Positions 51,718 through 60,504 of a DNA stretch of 64,000 nucleotides are shown in pieces. Positions within the stretch are counted from its first letter, which is position 1, and every line of letters begins with the position of its first letter. Below the pieces are notes generated by a model. That model was not told the DNA's origin and ran no database searches. It worked only from the letters and a program-made list of their open reading frames with translations. This stretch comes from an uncultured candidate division Zixibacteria bacterium. GTDB lineage: Bacteria > Zixibacteria > MSB-5A5 > GN15 > FEB-12. The stretch covers positions 2,688,001 through 2,752,000 of the forward strand of contig OY760907.1 in assembly GCA_963664195.1 (NCBI GenBank), given 5' to 3'. The position numbers and the translations under genes were made by a program.

Positions 51718-52443
51718 TTATTGGTTAGTAAGCGTGATCGTAATGCCTATGATTTCATCGAGGAACTTGCGAGGCAGCGGCGGGAATGGCGCTGAGCGTT
51801 CAATTGCATCCACGCAGATCTGATCGAAGCGAGGGATGCCGGACGAACTCTTGACCTCCACTTCAATCACTCGACCAGACTTGATGACTTGAAAATACAC
51901 ATCGCAATACACTTTGCCGTCAATTGGCACCGTGTTTCGGAAACTCCTGTCTATCTTGCTCTGGGCCAGGTTGAACCAGTAGGGGTGGTCAAAGGAAGTG
52001 TTGTCGACTCTCATGCCTGAGATCAGCGATCCTGCGGGAGTTTCAACTTCCCTGCTCCCGTCTTCGGTGCCAGCCTGATTCACATCCGCTGCCTGCGGTT
52101 CAACGTCGCCGGTAGGCCTACTCGGTTTCGGCTTTGGCGGGTCAGGTTTTGGCTCTTCCTTCGGCTCCGGCGGTTCGACCGGCTTCTCGATTTCAACTTC
52201 CGGCTTGCTGATCGGATCTTCGACCGGAATTTCCATCGGCTCGATTTCGAGTGCCGCCGGGGGTTCTACTACCGGAGCAATCGTGGGCTGTTCAACCGGT
52301 GATATTTCTGCCATGCTTACGGCGCTTACCCGGATTACCTCGCCCAAATCGCGATTGGGCTTGTACTCCAGGGGGGAGATAAACAGAGTTACCACGACAA
52401 TCATGACGTGGAATACAATTGAGATGAGGAGGTCCTTGCTCAT
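51718..52443 (-). CDS. tolA: TolA/TonB-like energy transducer
   Basis: N-terminal TM with S...H motif, Pro/Glu/Lys linker, C-domain SSG...FD..A.PFPPLP; position within tol-pal. Confidence 0.8.
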   Translation of the reverse strand: MSKDLLISIVFHVMIVVVTLFISPLEYKPNRDLGEVIRVSAVSMAEISPVEQPTIAPVVEPPAALEIEPMEIPVEDPISKPEVEIEKPVEPPEPKEEPKPDPPKPKPSRPTGDVEPQAADVNQAGTEDGSREVETPAGSLISGMRVDNTSFDHPYWFNLAQSKIDRSFRNTVPIDGKVYCDVYFQVIKSGRVIEVEVKSSSGIPRFDQICVDAIERSAPFPPLPRKFLDEIIGITITLTNQ

Positions 52444-52460
52444 GGCGTCGTCCTTGAACG

Positions 52461-52883
52461 CTAGTGCAGCTTCTTCTCCTCGTGTTCGGTGACGAGACCG
52501 ATGTTTTCGATCCCCATGTCCTTAATGCGCCCGATGACGTCGATGATCACTCCGTAGGCAATCGTAGAATCGCCGCGCAGGTAGATTGACTCAGTACGTT
52601 TGGCCTCCATTTCCTGACGGATCGCGTCTTCGAGATCCTCAGGCCGACGCCAGACGTCGTTGACGTAGATTCCGCCTTTGTCATCAATTGACAAAATGAT
52701 GCCGGAGGTTTCCTCGTCCAGCAACGCCGCTCGTGTTTTGGGCAGGTCAATCTCGATCCCTGACTGCAGCAAAGGAGCCGAAATCATGAAGATGATCAAC
52801 AGCACGAGGACGACATCAACGAGGTTGGCGATATTGATGTCGGCCACGGCGCCGTAGGCTCGCCTGCGAACGAAACGGGACAT
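52461..52883 (-). CDS. tolR: TolR/ExbD
   Basis: INIANLVDVVLVLLIIFMISAP, I.LP, LRGD; start 52883. Confidence 0.9.
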   Translation of the reverse strand: MSRFVRRRAYGAVADINIANLVDVVLVLLIIFMISAPLLQSGIEIDLPKTRAALLDEETSGIILSIDDKGGIYVNDVWRRPEDLEDAIRQEMEAKRTESIYLRGDSTIAYGVIIDVIGRIKDMGIENIGLVTEHEEKKLH

Positions 52884-52884
52884 C

Positions 52885-53601
52885 TTAGAGGGCTTCCTTT
52901 CTGGCGCGTGCGATGAAGTCCAGCGCAAAGCTGTGCGAGGTGGTCTGCATGTTCTTCAAGGCATTGTTGGCCCAGTTGTACGCCATGACGGCCGGAATAG
53001 CGGCGGCCAGACCAACGATCGTGGCCAGCAAGGCTTCAGCGATACCGGGAGCCACAACGGCCAGCGAAGCCGATCCGCGCTCGCCGATAGCCCAGAAGGA
53101 ATCCATGATACCCACAACCGTTCCCAACAATCCCATAAAGGGAGCGGAACTGCCGGTGGTGGCGAGAAAGACAACCTGCTTTTCGAGCTTCGCGACCTCA
53201 TCGTTCATACCGCGTTCCATGGCCATCTCGATGATCTCGAAATCGTCGTTGTCGAGCGGCTTGAGGGACTCGCGCAGACCTCCGGCCTCATTTTTATGCT
53301 CCTTGAGCGAGGTCATTTCCTCGAAACCGGCCAGATAGATACCGGCGAGGGGAGACTTCTTGTACGTGCGGGCCTGCCCGGCGATTTCTTCTAGCCGTCG
53401 AGCGCGCCGAAAGTACTGCTGAAAGCTTCTCGTGTCCGCGTCGGCAGCCTTGAATGTTCGGTATTTGCGAAAGATTACCATCCAGGAGCCTACCGACATG
53501 GCCACTAGGATTATCAGGATAAATGCGCCAAAAGTTGACAGGTGTGAGATGATGTCCCACAGGGCGCCGCCTTGCAGAATCAGGGTAATAGGACTAGTCA
53601 T
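52885..53601 (-). CDS. tolQ: TolQ/ExbB proton channel
   Basis: LATTGSSAPFMGLLGTVVGIM, VAPGIAEALLAT..GL.AAIPA. Confidence 0.92.
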   Translation of the reverse strand: MTSPITLILQGGALWDIISHLSTFGAFILIILVAMSVGSWMVIFRKYRTFKAADADTRSFQQYFRRARRLEEIAGQARTYKKSPLAGIYLAGFEEMTSLKEHKNEAGGLRESLKPLDNDDFEIIEMAMERGMNDEVAKLEKQVVFLATTGSSAPFMGLLGTVVGIMDSFWAIGERGSASLAVVAPGIAEALLATIVGLAAAIPAVMAYNWANNALKNMQTTSHSFALDFIARARKEAL

Positions 53602-53851
53602 ACTTGGTTGTACTGCATTTCCGGTCTAAAGTTTATATAACATGCCTCCGTAGAGGGGGAAATATTTTCCCGGCAAAGGGTCAAACATATCGGCGCATCG
53701 GCCCAGGGTCAACAAAAACAGCGCAATGTAGGCACGGCGGTCCGCGACGTGTTTTTTTTAGCTTGACCTGCGAGTCAACGCGGCTCTTATTCGGTCCATT
53801 GAAATTCAAGAGGAACTAAACCGCAGGTCATCAAACCCGGGAGAGGGACAG

Positions 53852-54103
53852 ATGAAGAAATTTCTTGTTATCGCCTTGTGTCTTCTGTTCGCAGCATCAT
53901 TCGTGATTAGCTGTGGCGAGAAAGAAGCCGCTCAAGACAAAGTCGAAAAGACCGCTGCCGGTGCCGCCGAGGAAATGGCTGACACCACTCGTTTGGACTC
54001 GATGGCCGGCGAGGCCATGGACGCCGTCGAAGGTGCCGTTGAAGAAGCCGGAGAGGCTGCTGAAGGAGCCGTTGACAAAGCTAAAGAGGCCGCCGGTCAC
54101 TAA
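53852..54103 (+). CDS. Small Ala/Glu-rich lipoprotein
   Basis: Lipobox VISC; low-complexity helical body; SD GGAGAGG; followed by a terminator. Confidence 0.8.
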   Translation: MKKFLVIALCLLFAASFVISCGEKEAAQDKVEKTAAGAAEEMADTTRLDSMAGEAMDAVEGAVEEAGEAAEGAVDKAKEAAGH

Positions 54104-54135
54104 GGCTATCGTTAACGAGTTTGCATCGACAAATG

Positions 54136-54166
54136 AAAAAGCTCCCACGTTGTGGGAGCTTTTTTT
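54136..54166. terminator. Bidirectional terminator
   Basis: AAAAAGCTCCCAC-GTT-GTGGGAGCTTTTTTT. Confidence 0.88.
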
Positions 54167-54214
54167 ATGGAGTGAGCAGTCAGGTGGGGACACCTGACTG
54201 TACGTTGGCATATT

Positions 54215-55330
54215 CTAGCCTTCGATCATCTCGACGTTGGCGCGCGGCACAATCGCCCGCTTGCCGTCCGCGAATTCCACCTCAAGTACGCGAGCCTTGG
54301 ACTCTGATTCCAGGACGTGCAGTGGGGCAGGAAGATCGGTCACGGCACCGAGTTGGCCAAAGTACGGGTGACGAATCACGCGGATCGGGGATCCGACAGT
54401 AAGACCGACAATTTCACCCTCCTCGACCACTTCGTCGGTCGCGGCACCCGGGATGACGAGTTCCGGACGGATGACGCCGGCACGAATCTGGGTCGCACCG
54501 TTCATACAGGCCATTTCGCCCTGGTGGCGTTTCAGCAACTGGAAGGTCTTGTCAGCCATATTGATCTGACCAAAGCCCTCGGTGACGACCAGAGTTGTGC
54601 AAGTGTCTTCCGAGCCGGTGATAGCCACACCAATGTCATAGCCGAGGAAGTCGCGCAGGTCCTTGTCGTCAAAACCGCCGACCACAATGCCGTTAACTCC
54701 GATCTTGATAGCCTTCTTCAGCGCGTTGGCTGTCACTCGCGAACCACCGACCACGATCTTTCCGGCGTACTCGTCCTTGATGAGGTCTTCATTAAGGACG
54801 GTAGAGTTGTTTTCCACTGCCATCTGTATCGGGGCTGACGTTTCGCCACCGATACCGAAAATACCCTGTACGAATGCGCCGTTGCACTGTACCACGACGC
54901 CTTCGTTCGGGATGACCTCGATAACTTCGCCATCAAGATATGCCTTTACCTCGACGGGGGTTGGCTCACCGCGCTGGAGAACCTGGCCGGTGATCTTGGA
55001 AATCGATTCGATGGTTCCATCGATAGTGGCATGGCACGGGTTCTTGAATATGAACAGGGTCTTGGAGAGGGCAATCATTTCGCCCTTTGCCATAGTGTCA
55101 CCCGGCTTCTTGAGCATGACCAGATCAATGTCTTCAGGCGGTATGCCCAGTTTGTTGGCAACATTGATCGGAACGACGTTGCCCGGCAGCACTGTGCGTG
55201 CGACGACATCATTCGGCTTGACCTTGTCGCCGACCTTGACAATCACGTCGCCCTTCAGCGGTAATATCCGGCGCTTCTTGATGAGAAGCTGCTCGGTTAC
55301 TTTCAATCCGGGTGTATATGCGTGGCCCAT
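54215..55330 (-). CDS. Uncharacterised cytoplasmic protein: barrel-sandwich-hybrid-like repeats, alpha/beta domain, C-terminal KOW/SH3-like domain
   Basis: VKVGDKVKPNDVVA, KKPGD..AKGEMIA..HATIDGTI, KAYLDGEV; GIFGIGG; VGSPIRVIR.PYFGQLG.V; SD AGAGGAG. Confidence 0.75.
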   Translation of the reverse strand: MGHAYTPGLKVTEQLLIKKRRILPLKGDVIVKVGDKVKPNDVVARTVLPGNVVPINVANKLGIPPEDIDLVMLKKPGDTMAKGEMIALSKTLFIFKNPCHATIDGTIESISKITGQVLQRGEPTPVEVKAYLDGEVIEVIPNEGVVVQCNGAFVQGIFGIGGETSAPIQMAVENNSTVLNEDLIKDEYAGKIVVGGSRVTANALKKAIKIGVNGIVVGGFDDKDLRDFLGYDIGVAITGSEDTCTTLVVTEGFGQINMADKTFQLLKRHQGEMACMNGATQIRAGVIRPELVIPGAATDEVVEEGEIVGLTVGSPIRVIRHPYFGQLGAVTDLPAPLHVLESESKARVLEVEFADGKRAIVPRANVEMIEG

Positions 55331-55351
55331 AAAACTCCTCTTTATACGAAA

Positions 55352-56137
55352 TCAACTATTAGCTTTTTTCTTCCTGCTTCTTTTCCGGTTGGTAATGATA
55401 GCCGCGCCGATAGCGACGGCCGCGCCAACCCAGACGGCAACAGGTACTCCGGAATCATCATCGTCTTTCAAGTTCGCGACTTTTACCGGTTCGGAGCTCT
55501 TTTTGACTGCCGCGCCGGTAGCAAACGAGTTCACGATAGACTTGAAATCCTCAAGGTGCCCTTCAAATAGACTGTCAGGTGAGTAGAAGTAGAAGTTGGC
55601 GATCCCCTGATCGAAGAACTGCATCGCCAGCATGTTCATTCGCACCAGGTTATTGTCTTCCACCAGCTTGGTCGTAACGGCCAGTCGACTGTTCCCGCTG
55701 TCATACACGATGTTGTTGGTGTGAAGTTCCGTGATGAAAGCATCGGGGGAGATGTTTAGCAGTTTCCGGTCAAATGAGTTGGTGACAACCTCGACAACAG
55801 AGTCGATCTGTTGCTGATCAAGTTCGCCGGTTGGTTCGAACGTCAAGATCATATAGATCCCTTCGAACACGGTCGCTTCAGTCTCAGCTGAGAGAATAAC
55901 CTCGAATTCAGCTGCGGAGCCGGTCTGCTTCATGTAGTAATTAGCGGTCTGATAATCGACCTGTGACCAACCCTCCGGGTAAGCAATGTGAAACTTGCCG
56001 CGGAAACTGGTGAAGTCTCCGGCCAACCCTGAGACAACCAACACCAGGATAAGCACAAACGCCAGAGCCAATCCGAGAACGCTGTTTTTTCCGATACCAT
56101 TCATTTGCGTAGCACCTGTTCCGTTCCTCAATGACAT
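55352..56137 (-). CDS. Exported protein with C-terminal TM anchor and basic tail, possibly PsbP-like fold
   Basis: Signal peptide; F.I.YPEGW; C-terminus DDDDSGVPVAVWVGAAVAIGAAIITNRKRSRKKK. Confidence 0.7.
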   Translation of the reverse strand: MSLRNGTGATQMNGIGKNSVLGLALAFVLILVLVVSGLAGDFTSFRGKFHIAYPEGWSQVDYQTANYYMKQTGSAAEFEVILSAETEATVFEGIYMILTFEPTGELDQQQIDSVVEVVTNSFDRKLLNISPDAFITELHTNNIVYDSGNSRLAVTTKLVEDNNLVRMNMLAMQFFDQGIANFYFYSPDSLFEGHLEDFKSIVNSFATGAAVKKSSEPVKVANLKDDDDSGVPVAVWVGAAVAIGAAIITNRKRSRKKKANS

Positions 56138-56138
56138 G

Positions 56139-57992
56139 TTAGGCGAGAGTCTCCGCCGGGTAGATATCCAGTTCGGTCATCCACTTCTTCAGGTAGGAGA
56201 CGCGCTCCGAGGCTTCGAGCGAAGAGAGGTCGAACGGACGACCACGGCCATCGAGAATAATACCGACAACACCGCCGTCGATTTCCTTCTCGACCTTGTT
56301 CCCCTTGCCGTTGCCAAGATCGTAATTGCGTTCCGGCTCAAAGACGGCCTTGACCTTAATCGGCAAACCATTCTCCTGGATACCCAGTTTAAAGAGCTTC
56401 ATCTCCAGGTGGTTCAGAGTACCGGAAACGGTGCCGTCCGGAAGTTCGATGCTGTATTTCATCATCGGTCCCGGCTTCTTTGAAGTACCTGAGGGAGCGA
56501 TACAGGTGCCAAGGTGGATCAGGCAATCCTTCTCAAATACTTCTGTGGCAGCCTTCGGCTGAACTTCGGTCAGCACCCCGAGCTGGGGCATCATGAAAAT
56601 GGAGTCCACGGCCAGTCGGGTGATACCTTCGGGAGAGAAGGCGTCGATCATCATGAGAGCTGACTGCTGACGTCGCGGAGCATGCGAGAGCACACCACCG
56701 GATCCGATCAGCATATCCAGCGTCATCATATTCACAATGGTTGCGCCCGAGGCAGACTGTTCAAAAGCGTCAGCGATTGTTCGCTGCTGCTGCACGCCTT
56801 TCAGCACGGTCGCAAAAGACTTGTGCTGTATGAAAGCGAGGCGCAGGGCTTCCTTGGCGATAGCTTGCTCGAAAACAAGTTCTTCCATTGACTGCGGAAT
56901 AGTGGTCGGGCGGATCATTTTGTTCTTAACGCGGTTACGCAGGTCGCGCTCGTCCATTTCAAACGGCACCCAGCGCATGACCATCGGGAGAGTCGCTTCG
57001 GCGAATACGTTCGACACCGAGTAGGACATGCCGAGGTTGGCCGATACCGTGCGGTTGAATTCGCCGTGCTCGCCGTCGGGGCGGAACACCGAGAACACGT
57101 CGGTCGTGGCGCCGCCGATGTCGACACCGAGAGCCTCGATACCGTACTGGTCGGCGATGGTCTGGATGATCAGGCCCACCGCGCCCGGAGTCGGCATAAT
57201 CGGAGCATCGGCCCAGTCCATCAGCTTCTTGTAGCCGGGAGCCTGTGCCATGACGTGCTCCATGAACAGCTCGTGGATTTCTTCACGGGCGGGGCCAAGA
57301 TTTTCCATTTCGAGGACGGGGCGAAGGTTGTCGACTACGCGAAGGTCAACTTTGCCTGCCAGCGTCTCTTCAACTGCCTTGGTGGCATTCTTGTTGCCGG
57401 CGTAGATGATCGGCAACTGATAGCTGGAACCGAGCCTCGGGCGCGGGTCTGCGGCTGCCACCAATTCGGCGATCTCGACCACGTGGGTCGTCGTTCCACC
57501 GTCGATTCCCCCGGAGAGCAGAATCATATCCGGGCGGAGATGGCGAATGCGCTCAATCTGCTGATGCGGGAGACGCTTGTCGTTGGAAGCAATGACATCC
57601 ATCACAATAGCGCCGGCACCAAGAGCGGCACGCTCGGCGGATTCAGCGGTCATAGACCGCACCACACCGGCCACCATCATTTGGAGACCACCGCCAGCAG
57701 ACGAGGTGGAGATGTAGACGTCGGTTCCGTCTTTGCCGTTCGCCGGACTGATGAATTTGCCTTTGTCGTCCAAGAGTTTGCGACCGGAAAGCTCCTCGAG
57801 TTCGCCGACAGCGTTGAGCACCCCCATTGTTACGTCCTCGAAGGGGGCTTCCACTGTGGTCGGAGCCTCACCGCGCGACATTAGTCGGTATTCACCGTTT
57901 GAAAACTCGATCAGAATCGCTTTGGTGGTGGTGGAGCCGCAGTCAGTAGCGACGATTACTTTGATGTCTTCAGGATTTTCGAATTTTGCCAT
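56139..57992 (-). CDS. GlmL/MutL-family (glutamate mutase L-like) ASKHA actin-fold ATPase, long form
   Basis: Phosphate-1 TDCGSTTTKA, SSAGGGL, LLSGGIDGG, IMPTP.AV, phosphate-2 VDIGGATTDVFS, RTV..LGM, adenosine motif GSGGVL. Confidence 0.85.
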   Translation of the reverse strand: MAKFENPEDIKVIVATDCGSTTTKAILIEFSNGEYRLMSRGEAPTTVEAPFEDVTMGVLNAVGELEELSGRKLLDDKGKFISPANGKDGTDVYISTSSAGGGLQMMVAGVVRSMTAESAERAALGAGAIVMDVIASNDKRLPHQQIERIRHLRPDMILLSGGIDGGTTTHVVEIAELVAAADPRPRLGSSYQLPIIYAGNKNATKAVEETLAGKVDLRVVDNLRPVLEMENLGPAREEIHELFMEHVMAQAPGYKKLMDWADAPIMPTPGAVGLIIQTIADQYGIEALGVDIGGATTDVFSVFRPDGEHGEFNRTVSANLGMSYSVSNVFAEATLPMVMRWVPFEMDERDLRNRVKNKMIRPTTIPQSMEELVFEQAIAKEALRLAFIQHKSFATVLKGVQQQRTIADAFEQSASGATIVNMMTLDMLIGSGGVLSHAPRRQQSALMMIDAFSPEGITRLAVDSIFMMPQLGVLTEVQPKAATEVFEKDCLIHLGTCIAPSGTSKKPGPMMKYSIELPDGTVSGTLNHLEMKLFKLGIQENGLPIKVKAVFEPERNYDLGNGKGNKVEKEIDGGVVGIILDGRGRPFDLSSLEASERVSYLKKWMTELDIYPAETLA

Positions 57993-58107
57993 CTTGTTCT
58001 CGCTCTAAGAATCCTTATCACGTGGTCCTGCCAGCAGACTGTGTTATCAGAGACGACTCACACGTGGAGGCGGCTGTCTGGCAAGGAGTTCACATATTCA
58101 GGCGTCG

Positions 58108-58136
58108 AGTATAACATAATGTCCTGAGCTTGTAAA
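58108..58136 (-). promoter_or_regulatory. sigma70 promoter of the GlmL-like operon
   Basis: TTTACA-N17-TATACT with extended -10 TGn. Confidence 0.7.
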
Positions 58137-58396
58137 GAGCCATTTTCCGGTCCCCGATTGGTGTCGACCGCACAACCGTCAGGGGTGGTGTCGTGATGGG
58201 CGGAGCTTCAAACCCGGCTGCTCATATCCGGAAGATTCGTCCCGAGTGTCCCGGCTCTGTTCCCTGTGGTGCAGAGAATACCTGGGGCCCCGGCTGACAT
58301 TGTGCGTATTCTCTGCGACGGAGGGGCGCAGTCAAGTGCGAGTTCCGCTAACTGACTGCGAGAATAGCACTTACCGAAGGAGTGCGCTTTTTTCGC

Positions 58397-58425
58397 TTGA
58401 CTTGCCTGTGTGATGCGGCTAGATT
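58397..58425 (+). promoter_or_regulatory. sigma70 promoter of the membrane cassette operon
   Basis: TTGACT-N17-TAGATT. Confidence 0.6.
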
Positions 58426-58593
58426 AGCTGATCTTCTTGAGACCCCTTCGTTTATGGGGCTCTTGAGGTTGCCGGGAATTCCCCGGTTAAGGATAATTTG
58501 ATTAGATAGCCCGCGGATTGTTTCGTCTCATTTGGGACAGTGTTAACGTTCGACATTTGACGGACAATCTGGCTCACAACCGGGGAAGAGGAT

Positions 58594-59853
58594 TTGGATA
58601 CAAAAAGACATACGTCTCGCCGCAGGCATACTGCGTTGTGCTCCCTCGCCCTTGTTACCTTCATTCTAATTCTGACATTCGGAACAGTCTTTGCCCAGGA
58701 AGAAGTCCTGCCACAGGATTCTCTGGCCGTTGCGGAGGTGATTGCCTATCCGCAACCGGTAGCAAATCTACAGGCCAAAGACAAGCCCAACGATGCCGGC
58801 GGTGCCGTGCGCGTTAGCTGGGATGTTTCCACGACCGACGACGGTCATGGCGGCATTCTCGGGTACACGGTCTACCGTGCGACTCGCGCCGAGGGTCCCT
58901 ATGAGGTCGTAGGTGAAATAGCTTCCGGGAAAACAGAATTCGATGACGGTAGCACGGCCGACAGCCTGTCCTATTACTACAAGGTGATCGCGATGAGTGA
59001 CGCTTTGTTCAGGACCGGAGTGTCAGAGGAAGTGCTGCAACTGGCCGCAACCACAGGTCCGGTGAAGTCATCGGAGCAATGGTTTGATTTCCGACGTCTC
59101 AACGTGTTTGTCGGCATCATGGTTCTTAGCTTTCTGATTGTCTTCATGATATCGCAGGCCAAGGCCGGCAAGAAACTGTTCATTCGCAAGATTGCCGGCA
59201 TGGAAGCGGTTGACGAAGCTGTTGGCCGTGCCACCGAGATGGGGCGGAAGATATTTTACGTGCCGGGCATTAACGACATGGACAACGTCCAGACCATTGC
59301 CTCTATGACAATCCTCGGACGTGTTGCAGAGTTGGCCGGTCAGTACGATACCTGGTTGGAAGTGCCGGTATGTCGTTCGCTGGTGCTGGTCACGGCCAAG
59401 GAAGTCGTGAAAGAAGCGTACACGAAAGTTGGTCGACCAGACTCGTTCCAGGAGAATCAGGTGCACTACCTGACGGATGACCAGTTCGGGTATGCGGCGG
59501 CAATCGACGGTATGGTGGTCCGTGAGAAGCCGGCTACGATTTTCTACATGGGCGCGTTTTTTGCCGAGTCGCTGATTCTGGCTGAGACGGGCAACGCTAC
59601 CGGAGCGATTCAGATCGCTGGCACGGCCATGCCCTCGCAGCTACCGTTCTTTGTTGCGTCGTGTGACTACACGCTCATAGGCGAAGAGCTTTTTGCGGCT
59701 TCGGCGTACCTGTCCAGGGAGCCGAAACTGCTTGGTTCGCTCAAAGGGCAGGATCTGGGCAAGGCCATTATTCTGGTCGCGCTCATAGTGGGTATCATTA
59801 TGGAAACATTTGGTATCTGGGAATTCTCACAATTATTCTCGGTGATTGAATAG
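58594..59853 (+). CDS. Cassette subunit A1: signal peptide, FN3 domain, TM, DUF6754-like alpha/beta domain, TM
   Basis: FN3 pattern VSW..GYTVYR..F.D..YYYKV.A; IRKIAG.EAVDEAVGRATEMG..QF.YAA..AESLILAE.G..QIAGT..QLPFF..CD..LIGEELFAASAYL. DUF6754 assignment is from memory. Confidence 0.8.
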   Translation: MDTKRHTSRRRHTALCSLALVTFILILTFGTVFAQEEVLPQDSLAVAEVIAYPQPVANLQAKDKPNDAGGAVRVSWDVSTTDDGHGGILGYTVYRATRAEGPYEVVGEIASGKTEFDDGSTADSLSYYYKVIAMSDALFRTGVSEEVLQLAATTGPVKSSEQWFDFRRLNVFVGIMVLSFLIVFMISQAKAGKKLFIRKIAGMEAVDEAVGRATEMGRKIFYVPGINDMDNVQTIASMTILGRVAELAGQYDTWLEVPVCRSLVLVTAKEVVKEAYTKVGRPDSFQENQVHYLTDDQFGYAAAIDGMVVREKPATIFYMGAFFAESLILAETGNATGAIQIAGTAMPSQLPFFVASCDYTLIGEELFAASAYLSREPKLLGSLKGQDLGKAIILVALIVGIIMETFGIWEFSQLFSVIE

Positions 59854-59855
59854 TT

Positions 59856-60503
59856 ATGCGCAGAGAGATACCCCTTCTAATAACAGCTATCGCCGGTTTG
59901 GTCTTCGTCGTTCAGTACTTTATCCCCCATTGGCCGTTCAACAAATTTGATGGATGGTTCTCTGACTGGTTCTCTATCGTGCAGGCGTGTGCCATCGTGT
60001 TGGGAGCGTTGAACCTGCTGATGATCTCCGGGCAGAAGATAGCGGGAAAGAAAGAGGGCTGGGGCTACTCGGTGGTGATCGTTGTGTCGTTTTTCTTGAT
60101 CACGATTGTCGGTTTTGCCGGAGGCGAAGCATTCCGCGATGCCGGCACAGGTTTTGATTGGCTGTACAATTACACGTACATACCTCTTTCATCGACTATG
60201 TACGCTATTCTGGCGTTTTTTGTGGCATCGGCGTCATACCGTGCCTTCAGGGCACGCAACGCGGAAGCAACTCTTTTGTTGTTGGCCGCGTTTTTTGTGA
60301 TGCTCGGACGCGTGCCGATCGGCGATCTGTTGACGATGTGGATGCCGGAAGGCTACAGGATTTCCAACCTCGCGACCTGGATTATGGATTTCCCGCAGAC
60401 GGCGGGACAGCGTTCCATCATGATTGGCATCGCGCTCGGTCTGGTCTCGACTTCCCTGAGAGTGATTCTCGGCATTGAACGTTCACATCTGGGAGGTGAA
60501 TAA
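59856..60503 (+). CDS. Cassette subunit B1: uncharacterised multi-pass membrane protein
   Basis: About six TM; motifs AFFVASASYRAFRARN.EAT.LL and R.I.IG.ALG....LR.ILG.E. Confidence 0.8.
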   Translation: MRREIPLLITAIAGLVFVVQYFIPHWPFNKFDGWFSDWFSIVQACAIVLGALNLLMISGQKIAGKKEGWGYSVVIVVSFFLITIVGFAGGEAFRDAGTGFDWLYNYTYIPLSSTMYAILAFFVASASYRAFRARNAEATLLLLAAFFVMLGRVPIGDLLTMWMPEGYRISNLATWIMDFPQTAGQRSIMIGIALGLVSTSLRVILGIERSHLGGE

Positions 60504-60504
60504 C

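Noticed and set aside
56139..57992. Calling this DNA mismatch-repair MutL or evidence of glutamate fermentation
   Set aside because: The motifs are ASKHA type, not GHKL type, and no mutase subunits are in the window.
57993..58593. Cobalamin riboswitch or CRISPR array in the long intergenic region
   Set aside because: No convincing B12-box/GCCACTG arrangement and no regularly spaced repeats seen.
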